Origin: Eledone cirrhosa
Lineage: Eukaryota
Assembly: GCA_964016885.1 (NCBI GenBank)
Contig: OZ024742.1
Span: 53,878,001 to 53,942,000, forward strand
Length of the DNA: 64,000 bases
Reading direction: 5' to 3'
The notes beneath the pieces are model-generated. The model had not been told where the DNA came from, searched no databases, and worked only from the letters and a program-made list of their open reading frames with translations. Numbering within the stretch: the stretch's first letter is position 1; every line of letters begins with the position of its first letter. Made by a program: the position numbers and the translations under genes. Below, piece after piece: positions 1-12,329 of the stretch.

Positions 1-1860
1 GTGATATTTGGATACCCTGCGGGATAAAATACAAGACCCGGCGAAGAGCGGAGGAACTCAGCAGAGTCAACGGCCATCCAAATATTTTTTTTCTTTCTTT
101 TAGTTTTTTTCCATCTGTGAGTGAAAGGCCCCAACACCTTTCTAGGATAGGGAAACTCTGAAAAAAACCCTGCAGCTTCGGAAGCATCCGATGATCTTGA
201 CCAGTGCTCCTTTTCGGTTCGTGTTTTCGATGCTCAGAGAGTGGGATTGGTCGAATGCAACGCCTTTCCCCACTTTAAAAAACCTTCAAAGCACAGGCAT
301 TACTTGTTCAGGATCTGTTACAGGTTCGTGTGGCTGGCCGTAGCATAAAAGTGTACCATTTTCTGTAATCTGAAAGCGATTGCAATACTCTTAGCAGGGT
401 TTGCAGCCATCATGTATGTATGCATGTGTACGTGGGTGTGTGTGTTTGTATGTATGTACAACTGTGTATGGTTGGGTCATCGGCGATTAAACTCGCAAAC
501 CCCACAAAGCTTGCTTGGTGAGGAGGGTGATTTTAGAAAACATGCGGGATGAAAAGCAAATCCCGTGGAAGGGCGGATGAACTCAGGAGAATCAACGGCC
601 ATCCAATAAAGTATATTTTTTTTTGTAGAGGTAGAGACACCTAATCATCATTAAAGTACCTCACTAGCAATAGGTCGCTATGATCTAAAACCTGCGACTT
701 CGTTTGCATCCAATGATGTAGGCCAGTTTAACTTTTTGTGTAAATGCATTCGATGTTCAGAGAGTTGATTGGTCCTGTGGAAATCCTCTTCTCACGTAAA
801 AAGCTTCAAGCACAGGCATCGCTTGATACGTAGCATTCTTTTTTACTATGCGTGGCATTGCTGGCTATAGGCTTAAGTCCTTAGCAAGACTAAAAGGTCA
901 CGAACGTGATACTGCTGCTTAAGAATCAAGCGATGAAATTACTCGAAATTCGAGTTGTAGTGATCATGTATGCATGTATGCATGTATGTATTCGGATCAT
1001 GATCGTAAGTTCGTGAGTTTGATTCCCCTACAGCCCGTTGTGTCTTGGAGCAAAATAATTCAGTTTACGTTCCTCCATTCCGCTGGCAAAAATTAGTTGT
1101 ACTTGAAATTCGAAGGACCAGCCTTGTTACAATCTGTCACGCTGAATTTTGCTGAGAACTGCGTTAATGGTATGCGTATCTATGGAATACTCAGCCACAT
1201 GCAAGTTAATTTAATGAGCAGGCTGTTCCGTTGATCACAACATCTGGAACATTCTTCCTCGTAACCGACGGAGTTCCAGTTTTATGTATGTATGTATGTA
1301 TGTATGTATGTATGTATGTATGTATGTATGCATGTCAGGTTGCTCTCGAGTGGTACTGGTAACATGTAGCCCAGTACAACCTGTCTCATGGTCGGGTCGT
1401 CGGTGACTAAATTGGCAACCCCACCAAGCTTGCTTGGCGAGGAGGGGGAAATTTGTACACCCTGCGGGGTGAAATACAAGACCCAGCGAAGGGCGGAGGA
1501 ACTCAGCGGAGTCAACAGCCATCCAAATATTACTTTTTTTCCGCTTGGGAGTGAAAGGCCCTCAGTTGTCATAACACCTTTCTAAGAGAGGGAAACCTGT
1601 GGCTTCGGAGGTATCCGATAATGTTGACCAGTTTTCCTTTTCGGGTAGTGTTTTCGATGCTCAGAGAGTGGGATTGGTCGAGTGCAAGGCCTTTCCCCAC
1701 TTAAAAAACCTTCAAAGCACAGGCATTGCTTGTTCAGGATATGTTACAGGTTCGTGTGGTTAGCCGTAGCCTATAAGTGCACCATTTTCTGTAATCTGAC
1801 AAGCGATTGCAATACTCTTAGCAGAGTTTTCAGCCATCATGTATGTATGTATATATGTAT
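1..1860 (+). mobile_element. Three diverged copies (1-421, ~446-980, ~1335-1860) of a ~500-bp non-coding retroposon-like repeat bounded by (TATG)n
   Basis: Shared blocks such as GCTTGCTTGGYGAGGAGGG, GTCAACRGCCATCCAA and CTTCAAAGCACAGGCAT; each copy ends in ...CATGTATG-type repeats. Confidence 0.7.
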
Positions 1861-2414
1861 GTAAGTATGTATGTATGTGTAAATATGACTGTTATTGCTC
1901 CAATCTGTCCATAAATACGCAGCAAACATCCTAAACCGAATGCCAACCTGCACTCATGACTCCTGCCAAAATAAACCGTACTTACCCACCAAATTCGACA
2001 AACCAAATGCGGACCACCCATCTTTCTAAACTCGGCATATGTAACTGGATCTCAACAACTACCAAATGGGGAAGACATGTTATCAAGCTGCAGCTCTCAT
2101 ATTACGTAGTTTCTATATAATAAAGTCAAAATCCTATTATTATCTGCAACGACTATGAACTCATTAGCTAAAAAGTCGTGTGCCACCTCCTCACGTTGTA
2201 TATCTCGAGTTTATGACTTCAAACAATGCACCTAGATGACGTGATGCCATGCATCGGGAAATCTAGTTCGTACAATACAAGATAAAACATTAAAAAATAA
2301 TAAAAAAATCCCCAAGTCATTTAATAAATACGCGAAATGAATCCAAGATGAAAATGTTGTATGTGTGTATGCACATATATATACATACATAACACACATA
2401 CATATATATTTTTG

Positions 2415-2445
<31 letters not shown>

Positions 2446-3561
2446 GTATATATATGTGTGTGTGTGTGTTGGGTGTGTATGAACATTTGTATGTAAACAG
2501 TTGGATCGTTGAGTAAATTAAAACGCTTAGAAAATATAGTAAATCTCAAACGCAGAAAATAACTGTATATACGTACATTCGACTGATCTATCTCAGGTTA
2601 TATCTGATGACCCTGTGAGTGCACAGGTAAATCTCCAGTAACAAAACTCACCACTTTTCCATAATAAAGAATGTATACATAGTTCAATTTAGGTTGAGTC
2701 AATATCCCACTTATCTAGCGTTTTCCATTAATCTCGTGACCTCTGTCAATACTAAAAATATATTGTACGTGATGGTTTGTACTACGTACCTTATTGCGAA
2801 ATATTTTTTAATTTTATACACTATTAACATGATTGTCAATCATCTTTAACTAATATTATTGTTTTCATCTCACTCTTTAACCATCTATCTTCTGTCATAT
2901 TTCTACTACTAGCGATAGATTATCTATTTGTGTGGTTATCCTCTTATATATAGATCGGAGCTCTCAAACAATCGAAATTCAAAATTGCATCTTCAAAATT
3001 TTACAAAAGTTATAATCTTCTCTACTTAGATTTTATATTCCATGTTCTGGAATGAAACGTCAAATCTGAAAACGTTATTTTCTGGAATGAACTGACAGGT
3101 GATTGATCTTTACATATAATTTCCATCTTCTTCTGTGGTGGATAATTCATAGCATTTAAAGGTTTCAACATATACTGAAAGTGCATATGTATAAACATCT
3201 TTAAACAATCTATTACATCTGTATACATTTAACGTACTCGCCTTAGTATATATGTGTATGTATATATGTATATGTATATATCTATTTATATACTACTCTT
3301 TTTTAAGTTATGTATTGAACATTTATTTAAAAGTATAAATTCATCGTATACTTCAGATGCTTGATGTGTATTTAAGAAATTCTATTTTCAATTATCCTCC
3401 GCATAAATTCTATTTTCAATTATCCTCCGCATAAATTTAAATACAGCACTTCCACCATAACCTTGCATTTAAAAAGATGTTATGAATGAAATTTGGACGA
3501 CGAAGACCGAACAGTATTGTGTCATATATCATGTTGTACTAATGACCCGGACTAATGATTT

Positions 3562-3965
3562 CTACTATTAGACACAAGGCCAGAATTGGAGGGGGTGGGA
3601 TTAAATTGACCCAGTGCATTTATGTTGTTTTATTTTATCGACCTCCGTCAGGATGAAAGACAAAGCTGACCTCGGTGGGATTTGAACTCAGAATGTAAAG
3701 GGCCGTAACTCTAAGTTGCAAAGCATGTTGTCCGAAGCTCTTTCAATACTGCCAATCCAACGACCCAGATACTAAATAATTGTTTCTACTTTTGGCACAA
3801 GGCCAGCAATTATCCCAGTGTATTATTGGTACTTTATTTTATCGACCCTGTAAGGAGGAAAGGCAAAGTTAACTTCGGCGGGATTTGAACTCAGACCATA
3901 AAGGGTCGTAAATCTTTGCTGCAAAGCAAGGTGTCCGACCCTCTACCGATACTGCAAATGGTGCC
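3562..3965 (-). mobile_element. Two tandem tRNA-derived octopus-type SINEs
   Basis: Reverse complement of ...TCTGAGTTCAAATCCCRCCGAGGTCAACTTTGCCTTTCATCC...GTCGATAAAATAAA...GGCCTTGTG; B-box-like GAGTTCAAATCC. Confidence 0.8.
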
Positions 3966-4459
3966 TAAAGTATTGCTATATATGTCATTACTACCGGATA
4001 TATGAACAATCATACATACAGGGATATTTGCGTTTTGATAACTTAACACTTTACATAAAATAAGGTCTATATTTATGTTGATTACTAACAAGTGAACACG
4101 TCTATTTTAATACTTATTTCTAGGATATAATTATATACATTTATATAACTTTGAAGAAATAACAAATTTACAGGGAGAAGTGTATGGTTAGAACCCATGC
4201 CCGTATGATTGGATTGCGAACTTCTTATTGCAGCAATATGACTGAAATAGGAAATGTAATGTGTATATGTATGATCATGTGTTGTATGTGTATAAACGAT
4301 AAAATATTACAGGCATACACAGACACATTATCTCTCTCTCTCTCTTTATATATATATATAGAGAGAGAGATACATATATATACATATATACGTGTCTGTC
4401 TGCGAGTGTATATACAAAGACACGTGGAGTGTTACGATGGTTGACGCGTTGTGTGTGTT

Positions 4460-4500
<41 letters not shown>

Positions 4501-4800
4501 GAAGGTAAGTGTATACAAGATAGAGAATGAAGGAAGGAGGGAGAAAGAGAGTGAAATTTCAAGACAAAGAAAGAAATGATGAAAAAGAGAGTGTGATTTG
4601 TTGAATTCAAAAGTACATTTCGCTCAGGAGCGTCTGCGGATAACATGTCTTCCATCTTTATATTTAACGTAATGGCTTAGTTCACACACCGGAAAGTATA
4701 GCTGCTTTATTTATAATCGTCTAAAATTAAAGGTGGATTTATTTTAATATAAGTCGTCAGTTATTCATAAGTATGTATGTACGTATGTATGGATGTGTAT

Positions 4801-5380
4801 GAGACAGGTTGTACTGGGATACATGTTACCAGTAGCACCAAGGTTTCTTGGTGAGGAGTGTGACTTTGGACATCCTGCAGGACTAAAAACAAAATCTTTC
4901 AAAGGGCAAAGGAGCTCTTAAGAGCCAATGGCCATCCAAAATCTCCGGGAGAGATGACCCCTTAGCCTTTGTCAAGGCAGAATTCTAGGAGAAGGAAAAC
5001 TCTGATATAACACCTGCAACCCTGATGGTATCCAATGATGTTGACTTGTTGTTCATTTTGGTAAATATCATCTTGGTTAAGAGAGTGGTACTGGCTTTGT
5101 GCAGTGCCTTTGCTCACTATAAAAGCTTCACAGCACAGGCATTGCTTTATCTCTGGAGATCTCTCTGCACTTGTCGTCACATGGTACGATGGGCCCAACA
5201 TTATGTTTCAATAATTGTCACAAGTGTAGTGTTTGTACCAGAGTTTTCAAGTCGCTGGCTGGACTAAAAAGCCACACTCGTTCAGCGCATCGGTAGGGGT
5301 TCTCCTACATGGATATAAAGTAGTGGCCGTACTCGAAAACGAGTTGGCAGCCACCATGTATGTATGTATGTATGTATGTA
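4801..5380 (+). mobile_element. Fourth copy of the (TATG)n-flanked repeat, with an inverted 5' tip
   Basis: Same blocks as 1335-1860; 4801-4838 is close to the reverse complement of 1350-1387. Confidence 0.6.
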
Positions 5381-5993
5381 TCTATCTATCTATCTCTATC
5401 CTCCTCTCTTTCTCTCTCGCTCCCTCCCCTCTCTCTCTCTCTCTCTCTCTCTCTATTATATATATATATATATATATTATTTAATCTTAAGAACAAATAG
5501 ATCAGCTCTAGACTAAATGATGTCTCGATACACAAATGTAACAAACGTTTAAGTTCCATGGACGTTTACATAGCTAGTTCTATTTCAAATATCTTATTAT
5601 TGTCAGATACGTCTAAATGTAAAATACGAACATTTTGTATATGAAATAACCCCAGGAAAATCAGGCAATTAACACTTGGAGAGAGAGAGAAAACTGGTAC
5701 ATCTGTTATTAATCTCGAAATTATGAAAGCAAAAATAATCTCGGCAAGATTCTTGAACTAAGAGTGCAGTGAGCCGAAAGAAATACCGGGCATTTTAAAT
5801 CCAACGGTCTCGCTATTCTCTTAATTTATTGTCTTGCTTTATATGGACTGAGTTAAATAATCGATACGATAAATTATTGGTGAGTCCATTATCAAATATA
5901 AAGTCAGGGAGAGTTTGAGATTGAGATAACTTATGTAAACTTCAGGATAGGATGTGTAAGGCTAATACAACGTATATTATTTATAAATAGTTA

Positions 5994-6215
5994 GGGGTGT
6001 GGATTGGCAGTATCGGTAGAGCGTCTGACAGCATGCATTTTGGCATATAGCTACGACACTTCACGTAATATTTGCAAATCCCGCCGAGATTAGATTTGCC
6101 TTTCATCCTTATGGGGGCCAATAAAATAAAGCACCTGTGACGCACACGTTTCAATTTATTCCACTTTCCCCTCCCTTCAAATTGCTGGCCTTTTGTCAAA
6201 AGGAGAAACAATTAT
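5994..6215 (+). mobile_element. tRNA-derived SINE
   Basis: GGATTGGCAGTATCGGTAGAGCGTC head, CAAATCCCGCCGAG, TTTGCCTTTCATCC core, AGAAACAATTAT tail. Confidence 0.75.
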
Positions 6216-6577
6216 AAGTGTTTCTTCTTTTGACAAAAATAGATAATCATCTATGATATAGTTGAATAGGAAGTATAACCTCCTTGTGATGGAAGTGAAC
6301 CACGCCACTGCTGCATGGTCAACGTACCATTACACAAATGGGAACTATGCCAACTTATCTAATTAATCTATAGCTCATATATTTCTGTGATGCTGTTTAC
6401 ATTCCACATACCATTATGTTCACAATTTCCCATCACGCTGGTTTTATAAAAGCGTTGTAGTAACATTTAAAAAATAAACGCAAAATATACTCTAAAAACT
6501 GTGTTCATTTTATTTTTATTCTAGCCCAGTTCTAAGAGCCTACATTCAGATTATACTATTCTTATAACATTATAGTA

Positions 6578-6738
6578 ATTGGCAGTATCGGTAGAGGGTC
6601 GGACACCATGCTTTCCAGCATAGTTACGTCCCTTTACGGTCTGAGTTAAAATTCCGTCGAGGTTAACTTTGCCTTTCATCCTTACGGGATCGATAAAATA
6701 AAGTACCAGTAATGTACTGTGTAAGTAGAAACAATTAT
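6578..6738 (+). mobile_element. tRNA-derived SINE
   Basis: Same family head and core; GTAGAAACAATTATT tail. Confidence 0.75.
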
Positions 6739-7151
6739 TTAAAAATATATATCTGATGACGATATATATATGTATATATATATATATATATATATAAACG
6801 GATTGGGAGTCTTATGGATATTTTATTATTGAAGATAACTATTGTATATTTTGATATAATTTTTCTATATTGTTTATATAATCTCAGTAGAATATAATAT
6901 TTTATATATTCTATTTCATTGCTTCAGTCAGTAGACGTGGTCAACCCTGAGGTACCGCTTTGGTTTGGTCAATCATATCAACTCCATTTATTACTTTATC
7001 AAGTCTGGTACTTACTTTATTGATCTATTTCAGTTATACCGCTATGTTACGCGACATATAAACAGATCGGGCAGAAACGTAAACTCACAGACGGATACAC
7101 ACACGCACCACACAAATACACACACGCACCACACAAATACACACACCACTG

Positions 7152-7230
<79 letters not shown>

Positions 7231-7326
7231 TTAACCATCTAGCCACGCTTGTACTTATTGCGTTTCTACATATTCTTCAGAAGAATAAAGGCTACTATGA
7301 CTGTACGAAGCCAAGGAGTTAAGTTA

Positions 7327-7525
7327 TACGGCAGTCGATTGACACAGTCGTTAGAACGTCGAGAAAATGCATACAGGTAATTTTTTAGCTCTTTACGTTC
7401 TGAGTTTAAATCCGGCCGAGATCGTCTTTGCTTTTCATACTTTCCGGGTCGATTAAATGAAGCAACAATCAAGTAATGGGTTCGATTATTTGGGTTTTCG
7501 CTCTCCAAAATTGCTGGCTTTATGT
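7327..7525 (+). mobile_element. Diverged tRNA-derived SINE
   Basis: TTTACGTTCTGAGTTTAAATCCGGCCGAG core, GGGTCGAT, AAATTGCTGGC. Confidence 0.6.
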
Positions 7526-8257
7526 GTAATGCAAAAGTGATAATTAAAGCAATAATTATTACATTATCTATTTGATAATTTATCCCCGCTAGGGATTAGA
7601 ATTGGTGCAATCGCACTGAAGTACTGGTTCCTTTAATGAGGACAAACGGTGTAATTATTAATAGTTTGAAAACCGTGTTCACGCAAGATCCTCTGGATAT
7701 TGAAAATTAATAAATTATTCATATATTGATGTATTAATTGATTTATTAATCTAATAATGAAATTTAATCTAATTCTATTAAATTCATTTCGATTTAATCC
7801 GGGCCACTTATGAAGCAAATGATATCGATAATGCTCACACAACGGTCAGGCTTGCGCACCCTTGGATATTTCCAATACACTGATTTTTAATTCAATAATA
7901 TCGGTTTCTAATTTATTATTTAATTATAGGTTGGTTAATTTAATGATATTATATTTCCTCGGGGGACTAGACGTACACACGATCGGGTTGTCCGAGGTAT
8001 TTAGGTACTGTGATAGAATAACAATAGCTTTAAATTCTCTGCTAATGGCTGGTTACCCACAAGCTTTGGCAATATATAACACAGGCACAATATGGGTACA
8101 CATGAGCTCACATGCACACATATCTGTCAATAAAAACGTACTCATGCAAACATACTTAGCTTCATTTGCATTTGTATATTTGATTATGCAAACTCATAAA
8201 AGCACGCGCATGCGCTTAATATTCCCTCTTTTCTCTACTGTGTGTCTGTATGTCTGT

Positions 8258-8384
<127 letters not shown>

Positions 8385-8439
8385 GAGGGGGCGGATGTAT
8401 GCATGTGCGGTTGTGTGCGTGTTATGAAAGACGATTGTA

Positions 8440-9120
8440 AAGACTTTAAATGTTCATTTCAGCCATGCAGCACTCAGTATCAAATCTATCAAGTGAAAAT
8501 CAGGTATCAACTTCTGTCGAGTTAAGTAATACCATGTCGTCTGCAAATTCCAGCCGACTGATTCTACATTTGCCAGTCATAATACCACTTCAAACCCGGC
8601 TGCGCATATTAATCCTGTTCATGAAAATAATGAACAAAAGAGGTGGCAATACAAACCCATGTCAATGTGCTGGAAGGTGTTCATAATAAAGAGTTCGTTG
8701 CTAGAACAGAAGTCTAATAAGGCCTCTCCATTCGTATTTAGATAGGGATCATCGTTCCTTCCAATCAATCATTATCATGTCAAGTGACCAGTGCCAACAT
8801 ATGCATTGAAGTCTCCCATTAGGATATATGACTCATTTCTGGCGCCATTCCTGAACAGTGAGGTTTCCATCTTCCATCAAAATCTACAATACCAGAGCCA
8901 TGGAACTTCGTTGAGAAAACTCGACTATATCTAACCGGTAGCATTTAGTCTCCTTACCTTTTCAGGTTGTGATATTCCAGCTTCTAATTCTCAAGGTTTG
9001 CTCTCTTTCGAACCATCTTTGGTGTCTCAGGATACACAATTATTGTGCGTCCATCTTACACCTTCCATGACATGTCGCAGGCCCATCACCAGTTTTTATG
9101 GCATGAAATGGAGACTGCAA
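8440..9120 (-). pseudogene. Decayed, internally deleted RTE-like LINE (APE endonuclease and RT fragments)
   Basis: Minus-strand translation gives APE motifs LRIRSWNITT and GDFNAYVG, and RT motifs PLLFIIFM and RLEFADDMVLL, with stops. Confidence 0.65.
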
Positions 9121-9125
9121 TACAT

Positions 9126-9173
<48 letters not shown>

Positions 9174-9658
9174 AAAAAGAAGAAGATTTTAAATTGAAAT
9201 CAGATTCTAACTAATTTCACAAAGAACTTAGAGTGATGGTTCAATATTTATTTACAGGAATATGTTAAAAAATAAATATAGAACGACATAGCAAATATGC
9301 CATTAAATATTCATCATGTGCAATATGTTATATATAAATGATAAATTGTATTATATAGAAATCATTCCGAATTGAAATAAATGATTCTAGGCGATTGAAA
9401 AATATATATATACATATATTGGGAGAGCTTTGAAAGTTACTTGTTGCCGTCTTTTGTTTAAATTTCTATTCTAATATAAAAAAAGTGACAAAAGAAGTAT
9501 TGATCCGGAGAAAAGATTAAATTTATAAATAGCAAATGGCCTGGCCTCGTCTTACTGGGCTGTTGGCTGTTTAACAACAAACGACTCATGGAAACAAATG
9601 TACAGACAACTCCATGATACGCACACTCAGGCACACATCTGCGTATGATTCTCTGTGT

Positions 9659-9779
<121 letters not shown>

Positions 9780-9786
9780 TGCGTGC

Positions 9787-9819
<33 letters not shown>

Positions 9820-9831
9820 TGTGTGTGTGTG

Positions 9832-11247
9832 TCTATGATTTTAGCGTGTAAAACTAGCTGACATGAAGCAGATGTATAAAATTGACATGTAAAGACTGTC
9901 GTAGGGTGTATTATATCAAGTGTAAAGATAAACTGCAATATATAGCGAATAAAGACAGCGTAAACAATCCTAATAGCAACTATACCAACCGCTCACACAA
10001 AAATAGAAGTAACTGGACTAGACATAGGGTTAGGCACGTAGCACCTAGAGTGAACTGTCAAAACACTAATAACGTAAACCCAAGAAACAATAGAAGAATC
10101 AGAGAAAGAAAATACCTATGGTTCAACCCAATCTTCAACTCCTCTGTAAAAACCAGACTGCCTTCTACATTCTTTAAACTAATAGATAAACACTTCCCTA
10201 TTTCACATAGATATCATAAAATACTCAATAGAAATACTATAAAACTCTCATACTTTACGGCAGCAAATATAGAATCGCACATACGCAAGATCAACCACAG
10301 AAATATCTCTAGGGAATCAGCCCCACCTATGCGCAACATAGCACCAAATTATAAGCATAAACACATCACAGTATCACAACCGCAAGCACATACAAACGCG
10401 CAGCAGCAAAACCCTAACGGGCATAAATCACAACCCACTTATAACAGAGTACTAAACAGCAGTGTAGAAGCTGCACAAAATAACACCTCAAACTGTAACT
10501 GTCACCTACCGGATAGGTTCCCATTGGCGAATAGATGTCTCGATTCGAGCCTAGTGTACATGTGTACGGTCAACTCAGACAACTCCACCTGGCATTACAT
10601 TGGATCCACCGCGGGTTCTTTTAAAAAAAGATGGTATGTGCACAGGCACTCGATGAAAAATCTTGCAATTATGGGTTCTACAACCCCCGCCAAAAAAATA
10701 TGGGAACTGAAGGACAACACTAGCTACAGTATCAACTGGTCGAGGTTGTCGGCTGCTAAAACCTACAGTACAGGCATGTCCCACTGTGGGCTATGTGATC
10801 TAGAACTACTGTATATCCTTAAAAATGTAAAAAAGGCTACTTAACAACAAGTTAGAAAGATCTATCTTCTGCAAACACAGAATTGCCACTAAATTCATAA
10901 GATTTAAACCTCCATGAATCGAACCGACGTAACATAGCTTTCAACTAGGACACCCACTACTCTGCACGAATCACCACAGAAATATATTCATTAAGTACAT
11001 TCTAGCCTTCTTAGTTCTATACCACACAAATGTCTATAATTACCTCATCAACCCATAAACTTATCTCTTCTCAGCTGCTGTCATCGCTTGATCCTAAATC
11101 CAAGAACATTTCAAAATACTACTACAATGGAACTTTACCTTCCTCTTGCTATAATTATAGTCAGCATGTTTTCTCTTTGTATGTATGTATTTGTGTGAGT
11201 GTGTGTGGATATGTATGTATATGTTTGTGTGCATGTGTGTGTGTATA

Positions 11248-11288
<41 letters not shown>

Positions 11289-12086
11289 CCTCCTTAACCT
11301 CTGTATTAACTTGCCCATTATTCAGCTTTGTTAGTGTTGTCCTATACATGTATGTTATTGAGGATGGAAAAGATAGACTGAACTCTCATCTAATATAGAC
11401 CACACAAATTCTACTACAGTGATAAATACTTCATCGGTCAGATAAAAACCGACTATTACGGCCACCTGACCTAGATTGTTTAAAAACACCAGCTTATCTT
11501 TACACTTGATATAATACACCCTACGACAGTCTTTACGTGTCAATTTTATACACCTGCTTCATGTCAGCTAGTTTTACACGCTAAAATCATAGATATACTA
11601 TACTCCCCACCCGGATTGATGTTGTGATTATTTCAAATATTTTATTACTAGCATTGTTGATATTGTTGTTATTGTTCTAACTGAATGCCATTACTACTAC
11701 ATATAGTAGCCTGTATATTCCTTTCATGCCTGTATATTCTCTTCATTCTCGCAAGCTCCGATGAACTGACTGGTTATAATTTTGTATTGGCGATCGAGTA
11801 ACGCGAAAATAAGCGGATAGCGATCTCTAGACCTACCAGTTCAGAGAAATAATTGTCAGCAATGAGATTAAAAACCTCTTTTGTATAGCAAACCGTGTCA
11901 CTCTTCTTTCCTGATTTATTATTACTCCAAGTGTTTACAACATAGGAATTACAGCGTACTCGCAGCATCACTATGAAAACGCCTTGTTGAGTCAAACTTA
12001 GCCAAGCGTTGATATCATCCACTACCCGGAATACCATAACTGGACTACACCTAAGTGGACTGCATATAACTATTATTTGTTACCCC

Positions 12087-12087
<1 letters not shown>
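9832..12087 (+). mobile_element. 5'-truncated Penelope-like element (family A): thumb/linker, GIY-YIG endonuclease, 3' pseudo-LTR; short inverted arm 9832-9931
   Basis: ORF 9882-10844 has WFNP, a CNC...PL...C linker, VY...YIGSTAGSFKKRWYVH and CGLC; 9832-9931 is the reverse complement of ~11494-11593; ends TTACCCCG(TA)n like the copy ending at 50687. Confidence 0.9.
11748..11866 (+). ncRNA. Type-I hammerhead ribozyme, U4C core, long stem II (family A)
   Basis: GCT-CCGATGA(11758)-CTGACTGGT...ACCAGTTCAG-GAAA(11846)-TAATTG-TC|AGC; predicted cleavage after 11857. Confidence 0.75.
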
Positions 12088-12132
<45 letters not shown>

Positions 12133-12186
12133 TAATAAAAAACAATGACATAAAAACAAAGAACAGGTTCCTTATATTGAAAAAAA

Positions 12187-12329
12187 TCATAATTTTACGA
12201 TCGTTTCTGGGATATATATGTGTGTGTTGGTATGTATATCATATTAAAGATCTATGTAAAAAAATATTACAAATTATCAGAGGAGATATACATACCTTCA
12301 CTTATATATGCCATCTTCAGAAATGATGA
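12187..12329 (-). ncRNA. Type-I hammerhead ribozyme (family D, ~110-nt stem II)
   Basis: Reverse complement: TCATCATTT-CTGAAGA-TGG...CCA-GAAA-CGATCG-TA|AAATTATGA. Confidence 0.8.

Noticed and set aside
1335-1420. Possible HDV-like ribozyme at the 5' end of the (TATG)n-flanked repeat
   Set aside because: A P3/L3-like ACC-TGTCTCAT-GGT and a CTAA are present, but I could not build consistent P1 and P1.1 helices by eye.
2597-2647. CTGATGA-CCCTGTG-AGTG-CACAGG-TAAA...AGTA hammerhead-like motif
   Set aside because: GAAA is mutated and stem I is poorly paired; at best a decayed relic.
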